A program made the translations under genes and the position numbers. The notes under the pieces are model-generated. The model did not search any database and had not been told where the DNA came from. It was given only the letters and a program-made list of their open reading frames with translations. A stretch of DNA of 64,000 nucleotides from a virus. Its lineage: Duplodnaviria; Caudoviricetes. Every line of letters starts with the position of its first letter. Within the stretch, counting starts at the first letter, position 1. The DNA is taken from the IMG/VR virus record IMGVR_UViG_3300014205_000174; one strand, given 5' to 3'. Positions 48,313-60,061 of the stretch are shown piece after piece.

Positions 48313-49095
48313 TCAAATAACCAACCACCCTTCACAATACATATCCTGCGCAGATAGCACGCACTGAGGCATGAACCACTTTTCTGGCGCTATTACCTTT
48401 TTGTTTTGATTAGCATTAAACCATGCCCCCCACCAGGAAAAGGCACTGTTTGCTATGATATTATTGGCTCCCATCGTAAGCAAGGTCAGGTCATCTAGCT
48501 CCTCTGTAAATGGCGAGTAAAATATATTATCTCCGGAAAAGTTCTCTTTAACCCAGTCCATGTCTTTGTCGTATGCAACAAAAACAAAATTATTACCCGG
48601 CAATAATGCCATTGCCCTTTCGTAATAGTCTTTGTCGCAGATATAATAGATATCAGGAAACTGTAAATAATCTCCACGGCGGATATGAACGGTAGTAATT
48701 GGCTTATCTGTACCCACTGAATCAAAGTACTGCTGAATCTTCGTCTTAGTCTCCGGGTCAAAGTAAAACAAATTCCTGATATGCTCTTTGCAGTCACTGA
48801 AGTATTTTTCCGACTGGAAATACCCTTCCAGCACGATGTTATCCAAAAAAGGAATAGCATCATACGTGAATTTAGGCTCCTTGTAGATATTAGCACCGTC
48901 CAGCGAAATAGATGCGGACTTTATATTCAGATAAAAATTGTCCCTGTACTTCTCTGCCGCGTTGCCCTGGAGCTCCGTGCTGCATTTTTCAAGGTCAAAT
49001 ACCGCTTCTGTATTATTCCTTAATGCAAGTGCAATCGCGGCGGCCATCATGAAAATCTGGTTTCCAAGTCCGCCCATTAGTTTTGCCGATGTCAT
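48313..49095 (-). CDS. Alpha-1,2-fucosyltransferase (GT11)
   Basis: GGLGNQ.F, GYFQSEKYF, VHIRRGDY, IIANS.FSWWGAW. Confidence 0.92.
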   Translation of the reverse strand: MTSAKLMGGLGNQIFMMAAAIALALRNNTEAVFDLEKCSTELQGNAAEKYRDNFYLNIKSASISLDGANIYKEPKFTYDAIPFLDNIVLEGYFQSEKYFSDCKEHIRNLFYFDPETKTKIQQYFDSVGTDKPITTVHIRRGDYLQFPDIYYICDKDYYERAMALLPGNNFVFVAYDKDMDWVKENFSGDNIFYSPFTEELDDLTLLTMGANNIIANSAFSWWGAWFNANQNKKVIAPEKWFMPQCVLSAQDMYCEGWLVI

Positions 49096-49097
49096 TC

Positions 49098-50006
49098 TTA
49101 AATTTTTGTTTGACTTTTTATTATTTCAGTTAATCCTTGCTTCAGTGTATATGCTGGTTTCCACCCCATTTTCATAATACGGGTATTATCCATTATCTTT
49201 CTCATCGTCCCGTCCGGCTTAGTGGTATCGTATTGTATCTTACAATCGTCCATGCCTAATATATTAAGTATCATTTCCGCAAGGCCCGTTATTGATATCT
49301 CGCAACCGGTGCCTACATTTATATGGCCGGGGTCATTATAATTTTTCATTAAAAACACGCACGCCGATGCCAAATCATCCACATGCATAAATTCCCGGTA
49401 TGGCCGTCCGCTCCCCCACAATACATAATCCCCGCCCAGAAACTTTTTAATAAGCGCCGGTATAACATGTGAATTTTGCAAATGATAGGTGTCGCCAGGG
49501 CCATATAGATTACAGGGCATTGCTGATATAAAGTTGCTTTTGTATTGCGCCCTGTAGGCGTCACACATTTTAATACCCGCTATTTTCGCTATCGCATAGG
49601 TGTCATTAGTTGGTTCAAGAGGCCCGGTAAGCAGGTATTCCTCTTTGATAGGCTGTGGACAATCTTTGGGATATATGCAGCTACTCCCTAAAAACAATAG
49701 CTTTTTTACACCGTACAACCTCGATGCCTCGATAATATTGGCCTGTATCATAAGGTTATCATACAAAAAATCAGCCTTATATGTACTATTAGCAAGTATG
49801 CCTCCGACCTTTGCCGCCGCTAAGAATACATACTCATACCCCCCTGAATCAAAAGCGTCATTCACATCAGCTTGCTTTCTAAGGTCTAGCTCTTTACTGG
49901 AGAACCCAAATATATTAGTATACCCCTCACTGGTAAGATGCCGCTTTATTGCAGCGCCCACCATGCCATTTATCCCGGCTATGTATATCCGGCTATCCTT
50001 TTCCAT
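49098..50006 (-). CDS. fcl: GDP-L-fucose synthase
   Basis: [39 protein letters not shown]. Confidence 0.95.
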   Translation of the reverse strand: MEKDSRIYIAGINGMVGAAIKRHLTSEGYTNIFGFSSKELDLRKQADVNDAFDSGGYEYVFLAAAKVGGILANSTYKADFLYDNLMIQANIIEASRLYGVKKLLFLGSSCIYPKDCPQPIKEEYLLTGPLEPTNDTYAIAKIAGIKMCDAYRAQYKSNFISAMPCNLYGPGDTYHLQNSHVIPALIKKFLGGDYVLWGSGRPYREFMHVDDLASACVFLMKNYNDPGHINVGTGCEISITGLAEMILNILGMDDCKIQYDTTKPDGTMRKIMDNTRIMKMGWKPAYTLKQGLTEIIKSQTKI

Positions 50007-51033
50007 AAATTTTCATATCACTTTGAACCATTTCTTTTATAATACCAGCAAGGTCATACGCTGGTTTCCATCCCAGCACTTTCCTTGCTTTAGTTGAATC
50101 ACCAATAAGTAAGTCTACCTCCGCCGGCCTAAAATAACGCGGGTCTACTTCCACGACCGATTTACCCGTATTTATATCTACACCTACTTCATTTAGGCCC
50201 TCGTCACTGAATGCCAGCTTTATGCCAGCTTGACCAAATGCCATTATAGCAAAGTCCCTTACCGATGTAGTTATACCAGTGGATATCACATAATCGTCGG
50301 CTATATCCTGCTGAAGCATCAGCCACATGGCCATTACATAGTCTTTTGCGTGTCCCCAGTCCCTCTTTGCGTCAAGATTGCCCAGCCATAACTTCTCTTC
50401 TATACCTAATGCAATCTTTGCTGCCGCTATGGTTATTTTACGGGTAACGAAGGTTTCCCCTCGTCTAGGGGATTCATGGTTAAATAATATCCCATTACAT
50501 GCAAACAGGCCGTAAGACTCTCTATAATTAACCGTTAGCTGGTGAGCAAAGACCTTCGCAACAGCATATGGTGACCTCGGATAAAATGGAGTATTTTCAG
50601 TCTGTGGTGTTTGTTGTACTTTCCCATACTGCTCTGAAGACGATGCCTGGTAATACTTGATTTCATTCATTCTTCCGGAATTCCTGATAGCCTCCAATAG
50701 GCGCAATGTACCCATTGCCGCAACATCTGCCGTATACTCCGGAATCTCAAAACTAACTTTAACGTGACTCATTGCCGCCAGATTATATACCTCATCCGGC
50801 TTTAATTCTGTTATAAGCCGGAATAAGCTTGCGCCATCTGTCATGTCGCCGTAATGCATATGAAAATCACCCGCCTGGTGCGGGTCTATATATACCTGGT
50901 CAATACGCTCTGTATTTATTAAAGATGTCCTCCTCTTAAGGCCATGTACAGTGTATCCCTTACTTAATAAAAGCTCCACAAGATAACTTGCGGTTTGTCC
51001 CGTAACACCTGTAATAAATGCTATTTTGCCCAT
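49993..51033 (-). CDS. gmd: GDP-mannose 4,6-dehydratase
   Basis: [55 protein letters not shown]. Confidence 0.96.
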   Translation of the reverse strand: MGKIAFITGVTGQTASYLVELLLSKGYTVHGLKRRTSLINTERIDQVYIDPHQAGDFHMHYGDMTDGASLFRLITELKPDEVYNLAAMSHVKVSFEIPEYTADVAAMGTLRLLEAIRNSGRMNEIKYYQASSSEQYGKVQQTPQTENTPFYPRSPYAVAKVFAHQLTVNYRESYGLFACNGILFNHESPRRGETFVTRKITIAAAKIALGIEEKLWLGNLDAKRDWGHAKDYVMAMWLMLQQDIADDYVISTGITTSVRDFAIMAFGQAGIKLAFSDEGLNEVGVDINTGKSVVEVDPRYFRPAEVDLLIGDSTKARKVLGWKPAYDLAGIIKEMVQSDMKIYGKG

Positions 51034-51055
51034 GCGCCGTATTTGTTTTTTAAAC

Positions 51056-52469
51056 TTATAAAATCAAATCCTCGTCTTTGTTGTACATTAAATTCGGTCG
51101 TTTGTTGTATGTATCCGAACTGTGCTTGTCCGGAAAACTACTTTTTTGTTCCCCACCTGGCCTCTTACTATCCCGCCTATCTACCCACCTCGTCTCGTCA
51201 ATTTCCTGCGCAATGCCGGCCCTGAATAAGTCCAGCCCGAATACTGGCACATGGAAGAACTCTTTGCGCAGATAATCAACAATTACGTAGGAAGCCATGT
51301 CTATATGCTCTATCAGGTGCTGGATATACTCATCGAGCTTAAAGTCACCATCCTCTTCAAATTTCTCACCCATAAGAGAAAACAACCGCTTCACAATATC
51401 TATGTCAATTTTAGTCAGCGGTTTCATGAACATCACACACTGCCTGTCAATAACCGCATGCATGGTCTTCAGGCCCACGCGGCCTATACGCCAGCCTCCA
51501 TCCTTTGCCTTATACTTACACGGACACCCCCAATACTTGCCGTATATCTTCTCCAGCGTGAATGGGTATATTTTTTCGCTTATGTTGGTTATCATTGACG
51601 ATTGTATATTTAATTGAAAACTTTTCTCATGGGTGTGGTATTGAATTTGCGAGGTTTAGTAAGTTTTTTCTATATTTCTCAAGTGCGCGACAAAGTGCCA
51701 CGAGTGCATTATCTTCTTTGTGCTCGTAAGCGTAGATTTCATACTGCGGGTTCATGGCATTGGTATTGGCGCTGTGGCAAATATTAAGTTTTCCAATATC
51801 GCCGAAAGATACCGACTTCCCATTATCAACTGCGTCAAGGCAGTATCCGGAGCGGCTTTTAAATCTTACCGACTTTCTTTTTATCTTCTTGTCACCCATG
51901 ATGTACGAAAACTTAACTAGGCAAATATCTACCGGTATGCGCCTATTATCTAGCTTGCGGTCTATAGTGAACTCTGTAAAATCTGTTACCTGTGCGCTAT
52001 TTTCCATATCTTATGCTTTTTTGTTTTTTTATAATCCACCATCCCTTGCATTGCGCCTTGCTCTATAACCTCCGTCAAGCGGGTGTAGCATTCGCTCATA
52101 CCTTCTATGCATGGCACCGGCGTCAACACGCTTCCCTTTCGGCTCTGTAATGATGGGTGCAATATTTGTTGGAATGGCAAACCCATTGTACAGAGCAAAT
52201 TCAATTTTCCCATCCTCTTCAGGGAAAGCCCAGTACAATCCCGGATGAATTGGAATAACCTTGGCAAATTTCCAAGCTAATTCAGCATCCCACCAAGCGT
52301 TCCACATAAGGTTACCACCAGCGTGACGCATTGCGTATGTCATTTTAAAGGGTGGCCGGACATCACCTTCCCGTATTTCTTTTACACCGTTAATGCTTCT
52401 TATAAGATATCCCTTGTTTGCCATACTAAAACATAATTCTGGTAAAATATTAAACTCCCTGTTTTCCAA
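51056..52469 (-). other. Three unrelated phage hypothetical ORFs (51056-51595, 51627-52007, 52029-52469) inside the glycan cluster
   Basis: No sugar-enzyme motifs; 51056 resembles family B (DYLR...AGIA). Confidence 0.6.
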
Positions 52470-52473
52470 CTTG

Positions 52474-53343
52474 TTAAGTTTCTAACATCATTTTTGCCAA
52501 ATCCCTGAATGAAGTTTTTGGTTTCCATCCTAAAGAAAAAATTAATGACGGGTCTGAAATAAGAATTTTATAATCTGAAGTAGGGTTTTCCTCCGGCAAA
52601 TAATAATCCTGCCAATTCTTACCAATCAAATCAAAACATGTAATCAGCCATTCTTTTATCGAAAAAACTTCCCCGGAACTTATGTTTGCTTCAAAGATGT
52701 TGTCCTGGTGCACCAATGTAAATATACCTTCTACTATATCACCAGCAAACGTCCATTCCTTTTTAACCTCTATATCTCTTATTACTATTTTTTCATCGCT
52801 CCCTTTAGCAATTCTCTGCACTGCATTGGTTATTTTTTTACTGATGAACCGTTCTTGCCGCAAAGGGCTTTCATGATGAAAAAAATAGCCGAAATAAACC
52901 TTTATCCCCAACGTTCTATAATACCTTGCAATATAAGCAGATTGTATTCTATTGACACAATAATTATTGGTTGGCATAAAAGAATCTGTTTCTTTTATGG
53001 GCAATCCCTTATTTACAAATTGCAGCCCGCTCCCGGAAAAAAAGACCTTAGTATTTGGTGATATGTTTTTTACTGCTTCTAATATATTCAGCGAGCCTGC
53101 GCTTATTGTATTGTGGTTTTCAAACAATGCTTCATGAACCATAGATGAGTTTGCAGCAAAATTGAATATATAGTCTGGTTTATATTGGTTTATTAAATCA
53201 GCAACTTCATCGTATTTGCTTATATCAGTATGCAGCCAATCACCAGAACGCGACACGCCTATCACCTCTATGTTTTTGGTTTTTAATAAGGCATTCATAT
53301 AAAAACCATCTTGCCCGTTGATACCGATAATTATAGCATTCAT
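52474..53343 (-). CDS. Gmd-like NAD-dependent epimerase/dehydratase or reductase
   Basis: GINGQDG, HESPLR...F...KI; YxxxR in place of YxxxK. Confidence 0.8.
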   Translation of the reverse strand: MNAIIIGINGQDGFYMNALLKTKNIEVIGVSRSGDWLHTDISKYDEVADLINQYKPDYIFNFAANSSMVHEALFENHNTISAGSLNILEAVKNISPNTKVFFSGSGLQFVNKGLPIKETDSFMPTNNYCVNRIQSAYIARYYRTLGIKVYFGYFFHHESPLRQERFISKKITNAVQRIAKGSDEKIVIRDIEVKKEWTFAGDIVEGIFTLVHQDNIFEANISSGEVFSIKEWLITCFDLIGKNWQDYYLPEENPTSDYKILISDPSLIFSLGWKPKTSFRDLAKMMLET

Positions 53344-54332
53344 TACTTTACATTAATAAGTTTTAATATTTCTTCTATCCTGTTCAGATAAGTGTGGTGC
53401 GTTTTGACATAATTTATCTGTTCTGAAAGCAAATCATTGTGTTTATCTGAAAAGATAGCCTGTCTCCCAAGGTCAAACAATGCACTTTCATCATTTGAAT
53501 AAATCACTAAATCACCAAATATCATTTTTATTTCCGCTGAATTTGTTATACCTAAATTCCCATAACTAATGTTTTTGAAAATCCTGCATGGTACATATCC
53601 GTTTTCTTTTTGCCAGGTGCCTACTATAGCTGGTGCCAGATAGGATTCGCTTATCAAGCTCATATTTTCTTCTTCGCTGACATTGGCGTGATGCTTGAAT
53701 TCTATCCCATTATTATTACAAGCATCAATAAATGGCTGTAATTCATTTCTGTTACCAAATAAACCGTCACCGATGGTGCCAATCCAATTACTGATATTTT
53801 TTTTGCTCTGCCATGGCCTTGTGTTTATCTGGTGCGGCAAAAGATTTGTAGCCCATGGCATATATAAAGTAGTCCTCGGTATTGATTCATATTCCGGATT
53901 CCTGATAGTTTCATATACCCCACTCCTGTCTATATAGACGTAGTTGTTTATTTTTTCTATACCTTCTATTTTTGGCGTTTTATTCGAATATGTCTGTAAA
54001 GTGATAGAGGTATCTTTTACAGCATCGTATTTTTTATCATAGCAATTGTGGAGTATATAATGGCAATCTTGTCTTATCGGTATGTTTTTATCCACCTGCC
54101 CCTCTGTAATAAAAAGTGAATTTTCGAAATCAAACGACTCAGATAGGGCCGGCGAATCTTCCGGGCGCTCTATTGTTTGTTGCGCCTGAGCATCTATAAC
54201 CATATCACTATCATCAAACCAGTGTACTTCGTAGCCCAAATATTCAAATGCTTTGTAAAATGCACTATGCACATACGAACTCGTATGCGAATGCAGCTTA
54301 TGGCCCCAGATAATTACTTTTTTAAATGTCAT
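53343..54332 (-). CDS. Putative glycosyltransferase (paralogue of 60045)
   Basis: IWG.KL.SHT, PWATNLLP, CRIFKNISYG, HTY.NRI. Confidence 0.6.
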   Translation of the reverse strand: MTFKKVIIWGHKLHSHTSSYVHSAFYKAFEYLGYEVHWFDDSDMVIDAQAQQTIERPEDSPALSESFDFENSLFITEGQVDKNIPIRQDCHYILHNCYDKKYDAVKDTSITLQTYSNKTPKIEGIEKINNYVYIDRSGVYETIRNPEYESIPRTTLYMPWATNLLPHQINTRPWQSKKNISNWIGTIGDGLFGNRNELQPFIDACNNNGIEFKHHANVSEEENMSLISESYLAPAIVGTWQKENGYVPCRIFKNISYGNLGITNSAEIKMIFGDLVIYSNDESALFDLGRQAIFSDKHNDLLSEQINYVKTHHTYLNRIEEILKLINVK

Positions 54333-54997
54333 ATACCTTCTATTTTATATTGTTCACTTAGTACTATATAACCAAATATTCGCTCCAGGGCATGTATCTT
54401 ACCACCGTTTGAATAGGGCTCCAGCTCTTCGACTATCATCAATATATCTACGTCTTCAAATACTTTTTTATATATTGATGACCTGACAAAAAACATAGTG
54501 CCGCCTATGAAGCCGAAGGAATTAGTCTCGAAATTGTTTAGCTTCAGTATATCACAATAATAATCGCAATAATGAATAGGGTTGCCGTGCTCAACGCCGG
54601 GGTACAGGTTCCATTCCTTAACGCCGACCATGCCGGTCTTTTCGTTCCTGAATGCTTCTTCAACAAGAGGATACTTCTGCGGCGATATGATGCTTGAAAA
54701 CAAAGCCCTCAGCGTATCATCTTTCTTTGTTTGTATGAAAGCAATAAACTCTTCATTATGGCCGTGTTTCAGCCAATAATTCAGGGTTCTCAGTTGCCCG
54801 CCGCAATCCATCCCCTGGTTGGGCGATATGTTGATTATTGCGCCGGGAAATTCCGATAATATTTTGTTTGCCAAATGGTCGCTAACACCATCAACCAGGT
54901 TAACGTAAAGATTAAAAGCAAAGGGTGCTTTTTTAAACCGCTCAATCATATCATCGCATAAAAATGGATAATAGATATGTGCAAAAAGTGCTATCAT
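54329..54997 (-). CDS. RgpF (rhamnan synthesis F)-like protein
   Basis: HIYY, N.G.D, TK, F.GGTMF, HALER.FG. Confidence 0.75.
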   Translation of the reverse strand: MIALFAHIYYPFLCDDMIERFKKAPFAFNLYVNLVDGVSDHLANKILSEFPGAIINISPNQGMDCGGQLRTLNYWLKHGHNEEFIAFIQTKKDDTLRALFSSIISPQKYPLVEEAFRNEKTGMVGVKEWNLYPGVEHGNPIHYCDYYCDILKLNNFETNSFGFIGGTMFFVRSSIYKKVFEDVDILMIVEELEPYSNGGKIHALERIFGYIVLSEQYKIEGI

Positions 54998-55596
54998 GAG
55001 AATTTGCTTATTATTTGGTCAGGATACAAATTATTGCCGCCTTTTATTTTTTCAATGTCCGGGATTACAAAATCCTTATGCACCCACCAATCTTCAAAAG
55101 AGCAATCCGGTTTTGTATCATGCGTTATAGGAACCAGCACATCTTCAAACAACAATATATAGCCAGAAGCAGCAAGCAGCTTGCGCTGGGCATCCCTGTA
55201 TATGCCCCCATGTATGTAATAGTCATGCTCAATAGTTATTACATTGAACCTGTAATCATCCAAAGGTAGCCTTTCAAGAACTATGGTACTCAGATGGTCT
55301 ATATCAAGTGATAAATAATCTATGGTTTTGGGGGCGTTACTTTCTGCCAGTATGTGGCTATAATCCAATTTCGTTGCATCATCATTGATGTATTTGCATG
55401 TCCTTTTGCTATAACTATTATTATGAGCACCGTCTATTTCTATGCATATGCCCTTCCAGCCAAGGCCTTCAAAACAGAAGGTATTGTTGGTGGATATTGC
55501 ATCGCAGCTCCCAATATCCAAATAATAGCCGTCTCTCTTGAATTTGGTTATATTAGCTACAAACCTGTCCTGTAAAGCCTGTGATTGATAATTCAT
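54994..55596 (-). CDS. FkbM-family methyltransferase
   Basis: SQ..QD, YLDIG, NNT, GW.GICIE, IDYLSLDID, IEH. Confidence 0.82.
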   Translation of the reverse strand: MNYQSQALQDRFVANITKFKRDGYYLDIGSCDAISTNNTFCFEGLGWKGICIEIDGAHNNSYSKRTCKYINDDATKLDYSHILAESNAPKTIDYLSLDIDHLSTIVLERLPLDDYRFNVITIEHDYYIHGGIYRDAQRKLLAASGYILLFEDVLVPITHDTKPDCSFEDWWVHKDFVIPDIEKIKGGNNLYPDQIISKFS

Positions 55597-56348
55597 AATT
55601 CCATTTGGCGGTTTAAAATTGTCAGCAATTGGTGTTTCTTTAAATTATATAAATCCTTGTCAGTACGCGCCCAGTTAGACCCGTTCCTGAAATGAATTAA
55701 AAAATCTTCACAAAGCTGGAACGGGTCTGCTTCGTTATATTGACCAGCTATTTGTTCTGTCAAAATATCCATATTGCCATGCTCCTGAGCTATGTTCACC
55801 AGGTTAAATGCCTTTATTTTAAGCTCGGGGTGCGCGGCAATATAATGATACCAGTTGCCACCCGAATCGCAGTCCGTGCCATATATTTTTTCTCCAACAA
55901 AATCAACAGTTTGCCGGTCTTTAAGTGTATTATTGATAATCATAAACCCCGGATGGAAGTATTGTATTTCTTCGCCACCCTGCCCAATCCTCGCCTGCAT
56001 GATACCACTAATGTCATGTTGCAAATCACAGCAAAATTCTTTAATCGGAAACATATCGTGGTCAATGATGATGTTTATGTCGTTGCTGCCTGCAATATAA
56101 TTTTTCCATATCCAATTAAGGGCCGTCTGGTGTGCATGGCCGCCTTGCCTGAAATCTGTTGGTGGAACCAGGTAATCAATACCAAGCTCTCTGGCCTTCC
56201 GCTCTATTGCTTCTTTTTCGGAAATATTATCAAAGGCATTATTGACACATATCAGCTTGTGCTCTTCCTTTAAAAATCTGCCGAAGGTCACAAATTGATA
56301 GTGCAGAAAATCAGCGTCATTAAATTGTATAGTGTAGATGTTCACCAT
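55593..56348 (-). CDS. Putative GT-A glycosyltransferase
   Basis: IIDHDMF DxD motif, DSGG; cluster context. Confidence 0.5.
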   Translation of the reverse strand: MVNIYTIQFNDADFLHYQFVTFGRFLKEEHKLICVNNAFDNISEKEAIERKARELGIDYLVPPTDFRQGGHAHQTALNWIWKNYIAGSNDINIIIDHDMFPIKEFCCDLQHDISGIMQARIGQGGEEIQYFHPGFMIINNTLKDRQTVDFVGEKIYGTDCDSGGNWYHYIAAHPELKIKAFNLVNIAQEHGNMDILTEQIAGQYNEADPFQLCEDFLIHFRNGSNWARTDKDLYNLKKHQLLTILNRQMEL

Positions 56349-56983
56349 CAGGTATAAATTATTTTAGTTTTAAACAATTCACGGTGCAGGGCTGTTTTTT
56401 TATTGCTTATAAAGTCCTTATGAAACAACTCTAAATTCTCCTGCTCAAAATAGATACTGTCTATCTGGGATTTGAAAGAGGCCCGAAGTGTATTTATTTT
56501 TTCAGCATAGTAGCCGTCTATATCGATAAACACATCCGGCACCCAACTATGTAAAGAGCTTGATGTCCTGTATTCAAACACGGATATGGGCTTATTCCTC
56601 ACTAATGCCATAGAGGTATCATTTACAAGCCGGTGCTCGTAGTGTGAATCTTCACCGGACGGCACAAATATCGCATCGTATTTGTGTTTTCTTATTGTTA
56701 TGTTTTCAATAAGTGTTATTAGCTGCGCCTGATTCAGATTATCAAGCGACATGTTTTCCGGCATAATAAGGTTTATGTTTTTCATCCCGGATGTTTCCCA
56801 GAATAGCTGGACTTCTTTAATCCGTTCGTATGATGAGCTTATATCCGTAGACGTTCCGCAAGACAAACAAAATATATCAAAGGCTGTGCCCTTAAACCTG
56901 TTGATGGTGCCGGACATAGAATATTCCACGTCATCCGGATGTGGTGACAAACAAAGTACCCTATCAAACCCAAATAGTTTCAT
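56348..56983 (-). CDS. PIG-L/LmbE family de-N-acetylase
   Basis: SPHPDD.E, R..E, D.H..H, SQ. Confidence 0.85.
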   Translation of the reverse strand: MKLFGFDRVLCLSPHPDDVEYSMSGTINRFKGTAFDIFCLSCGTSTDISSSYERIKEVQLFWETSGMKNINLIMPENMSLDNLNQAQLITLIENITIRKHKYDAIFVPSGEDSHYEHRLVNDTSMALVRNKPISVFEYRTSSSLHSWVPDVFIDIDGYYAEKINTLRASFKSQIDSIYFEQENLELFHKDFISNKKTALHRELFKTKIIYT

Positions 56984-56988
56984 TATGC

Positions 56989-57834
56989 CTATTTTCTGTT
57001 TAAGTTAAAAATAAACCCCTGGGGGGCATAAATCCTGATACCGTATCTCCTTAAAAAATCCCTGAAAGCATCAGTCACCTTATCATGATTGCCAGAATAG
57101 GTAAACTTTTCTATATCTACAGTAAGTTCATTTATTCTTATAACCGGATACTGAAAATCAATTACACATTCGGCATCATAAAAGCACATCAGCTCTTTGA
57201 ATTCCTGAACAATTTTACTGCTTATTCCTATTTTTTCATGCAGTGTCGGTTCTTCAATAAGCCTGATAAGTTTTGCCGGCGTACCGCCATAGATACCGCT
57301 TGCTGTTATATTTTTTACGACTGTTGCATTTGCGCCAATAACCACGTTATCCGTTATCTGCACTCCTGCCATCACCGTAGATTTCCAGCCCAGTATGACG
57401 TTATTGCCAAGCTTAATGCCCTCAAAGATAGCCGGATACCCTTGCAGGACGGAGTACCAGAACCCGTGTGTGATTAAATCTACATCGTGCGATAGCCCTA
57501 CATCATTACCTATTTCTACACCCCTGGCTAGATTTATCTGACCGGTATGGCATACGCACCTGTCTCCAATAGTTAACCTTGAAAATGGAAGGTTACTGCC
57601 GCCGCCGCCGATGTTCATACCGCCGTTATCTGTTGGCTTATTGTAAAAATAATCCCCAATAGTTAACTGTTCGCAATTTGCCTTAAACCTATCCCCGATA
57701 TAGCTATTGTGGCCTATCGAAAACAATCCCCGCACTTTGATATTTATATCAGTACCAAACTTTACATTGTTGCCTATGTTTATTTCATCGGCTTCAATGT
57801 TTACATTTTTTTCAGGTATAGTATACGTTTTCAT
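56989..57834 (-). CDS. Hexapeptide-repeat acyltransferase
   Basis: Left-handed beta-helix repeats, VIGANATV.K, G.PAK.I. Confidence 0.85.
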   Translation of the reverse strand: MKTYTIPEKNVNIEADEINIGNNVKFGTDINIKVRGLFSIGHNSYIGDRFKANCEQLTIGDYFYNKPTDNGGMNIGGGGSNLPFSRLTIGDRCVCHTGQINLARGVEIGNDVGLSHDVDLITHGFWYSVLQGYPAIFEGIKLGNNVILGWKSTVMAGVQITDNVVIGANATVVKNITASGIYGGTPAKLIRLIEEPTLHEKIGISSKIVQEFKELMCFYDAECVIDFQYPVIRINELTVDIEKFTYSGNHDKVTDAFRDFLRRYGIRIYAPQGFIFNLNRK

Positions 57835-58478
57835 AATCCGCCGCTTATTTCTATGTTTTGACCAGTGATGTATTCGTTGTTGATAAGGTATTCTATGGTT
57901 GAATACAGTTCAGTTATCTCACCGAAACGCTTCAACGGTATTGAATCTTTTATGGCGTCCCTGTTCTGCGGTGACATGCTGTTACACATGCCGCCCCCAA
58001 AATAACCAAGCTGAATGCTGTTGCAGGTAATCCCTTTGGCAATATTTTCCGCACTGGCCGTTTTTATAATATTATCTATGAAAGCTTTAGAAGCGCTATA
58101 TACCGATGTGCCAACCACCGTCTTCCTGGCAAGTACTGAGGATACCAGTATTATCCTTCCGTAATTCTGTTGCCGCATTTTTTTCAGTGCACAAGCGATG
58201 ATATTTAAAGAACCGATAGCATTGACATTGATTACCTTAAGTATATTTTCTATGTTCTCCTGCCCGATTTTATGCAGAAAAGAATCATGATTAAATCCGG
58301 CAAGCCCTATAACAACTCCGGGGTTCGTAGTTGCGAAAAAATCCGCTACTTCTTTAAATTTTGTCACATCAACCTGTTGTGATGATGGGCAGACAACATC
58401 ATATTTGCCCGCCATCAGCTTTACAAGCTCTGTCCCAAGCCCGCCGGAGCCACCGAATACTACTGTTTTATTATCCAT
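57831..58478 (-). CDS. SDR family oxidoreductase (FabG-like)
   Basis: GGSGGLG, VSS, YSASK, IPLKRFG, YITGQ. Confidence 0.88.
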   Translation of the reverse strand: MDNKTVVFGGSGGLGTELVKLMAGKYDVVCPSSQQVDVTKFKEVADFFATTNPGVVIGLAGFNHDSFLHKIGQENIENILKVINVNAIGSLNIIACALKKMRQQNYGRIILVSSVLARKTVVGTSVYSASKAFIDNIIKTASAENIAKGITCNSIQLGYFGGGMCNSMSPQNRDAIKDSIPLKRFGEITELYSTIEYLINNEYITGQNIEISGGL

Positions 58479-59448
58479 TTAGGCAACTAAAATTATTATT
58501 AAAAATCATTTCTATCAAGTCATCCTTTCTCAGGCGTGCATTATATTCCGGGCCGCCCGTATCAGGGCAGGCATTAATCATCCAATATTTTGCTTTTTCA
58601 ATATCTATATCGCACCCATGGCCAAACTGGTACATCCATGATAGGTACAGCGAATTTAAACAAAAATCATTTGGATTTTTATCACTGTTCAGAAAAAAGT
58701 CAAAAGTATCTTTTGGGGACTTCATAAACATACCCAGAAACCCTTTTATGAATGACCCACCACAACTGCCTACAGAGCTGTCTTTGTTGGCGTAGATGAG
58801 ATTGCCTTCCGTTGGGTTCAGGAAGTCTATATACCAGTCAAGATGCCTTGCTGCATACGGAGCCATTACCCTTATAGTGCTCATTTGCAGCCTTTTAAAT
58901 TCAGGGCTTCTTGGAAACAATACAAACGTAGTGTCTATAGCATCAGAGGAATAAAATATATCATCCCTGTGATGCGTCATCCTGCGTTTATATAAAATCC
59001 TGCTTTCGGTTATCATCATACGCGACCTCAGTGCGTAATTTTCAGGAATATTTATGGCATAATGCGGGCCAACAGCATAATTATACCTGTCACACAATTC
59101 AATGAAGACCTCCAGTGTGTCGTGTTTAGCTATATCCATACAACAGTCACAATCAGATACAACAAAATAAGGTGTGCTATGATTGTCGAAATAATTTTTA
59201 ACCGCATTATTTATATTCTGCGTCAATTCATCCATTGTGAAAATCTTGGGGCCGGTAAATATTTTATATTCTTTCCCAAGCTCTTCAAGCAGCGCTACGC
59301 ATTTTTCATTATCAGTACCGTTATCAACTATTACCACATCATAGTCACCGGTAAAATGCTTATAGGATTCCAGTGTTTCGCTTAAAACTTCCAGTCTGTT
59401 AAATGTCACAACAAAAATGGCGACTCTTGGATTGCTTGGATTAAACAT
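58471..59448 (-). CDS. Glycosyltransferase family 2
   Basis: VTFNR, VIVDNGTD, SDCD. Confidence 0.75.
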   Translation of the reverse strand: MFNPSNPRVAIFVVTFNRLEVLSETLESYKHFTGDYDVVIVDNGTDNEKCVALLEELGKEYKIFTGPKIFTMDELTQNINNAVKNYFDNHSTPYFVVSDCDCCMDIAKHDTLEVFIELCDRYNYAVGPHYAINIPENYALRSRMMITESRILYKRRMTHHRDDIFYSSDAIDTTFVLFPRSPEFKRLQMSTIRVMAPYAARHLDWYIDFLNPTEGNLIYANKDSSVGSCGGSFIKGFLGMFMKSPKDTFDFFLNSDKNPNDFCLNSLYLSWMYQFGHGCDIDIEKAKYWMINACPDTGGPEYNARLRKDDLIEMIFNNNFSCLNG

Positions 59449-59503
59449 GCTTTGGTTTTATTTTGGTTTTTAAAGAAGATGTTGACGATAAACAGATTTC
59501 AAG

Positions 59504-60061
59504 TTATTTTCTGAATATTAAAATCCGGTTATCATCCACATTATCGTATGGGCAAAATTTAACCAATGTATATGGGATACCAAGCGCATCAAAATGTGGC
59601 CGCTGTCCAGTCACAACGTCTTCAACAACCAGGATACCGCCCGGAACCATTCTTGGGTATACCATTTTGACAAAATCCACCTGCCTGAGCACATCATGCG
59701 GGCCGTCATCAATAGCTATGGTGAGTTCAGGTAATTCATCTGGATTAATATTATAAAAGTCCTTGACAATTACTGTCGCCCTGTCAAATTTTATTTCAGG
59801 GGGGACTATATCATACCCTATGATATTTGCATTAACGAAGTAGTCCTCAAATAATTTGATTGACCCGCCTTTCGCAGTGCCAACCTCCAGGATATTTATG
59901 GGGCTATTCTCCCATTTACTAAATAGCTCACCATATGTTGTTAAGTAATTATGGTGCGTGTCTTTGTCTGTTGGATAATAACCGAATCCCTTTGACCAAA
60001 ATAATTCTTTTAAACTCATGCTATTTTTTCCCATTTTTTTATTTTTAAGGTAAGTATTCAA
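59504..60061 (-). CDS. Class I SAM-dependent (sugar O-)methyltransferase
   Basis: TDK...H.Y, ILEVG...GGS, IDDG.H, PGG..VVED. Confidence 0.82.
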   Translation of the reverse strand: MNTYLKNKKMGKNSMSLKELFWSKGFGYYPTDKDTHHNYLTTYGELFSKWENSPINILEVGTAKGGSIKLFEDYFVNANIIGYDIVPPEIKFDRATVIVKDFYNINPDELPELTIAIDDGPHDVLRQVDFVKMVYPRMVPGGILVVEDVVTGQRPHFDALGIPYTLVKFCPYDNVDDNRILIFRK

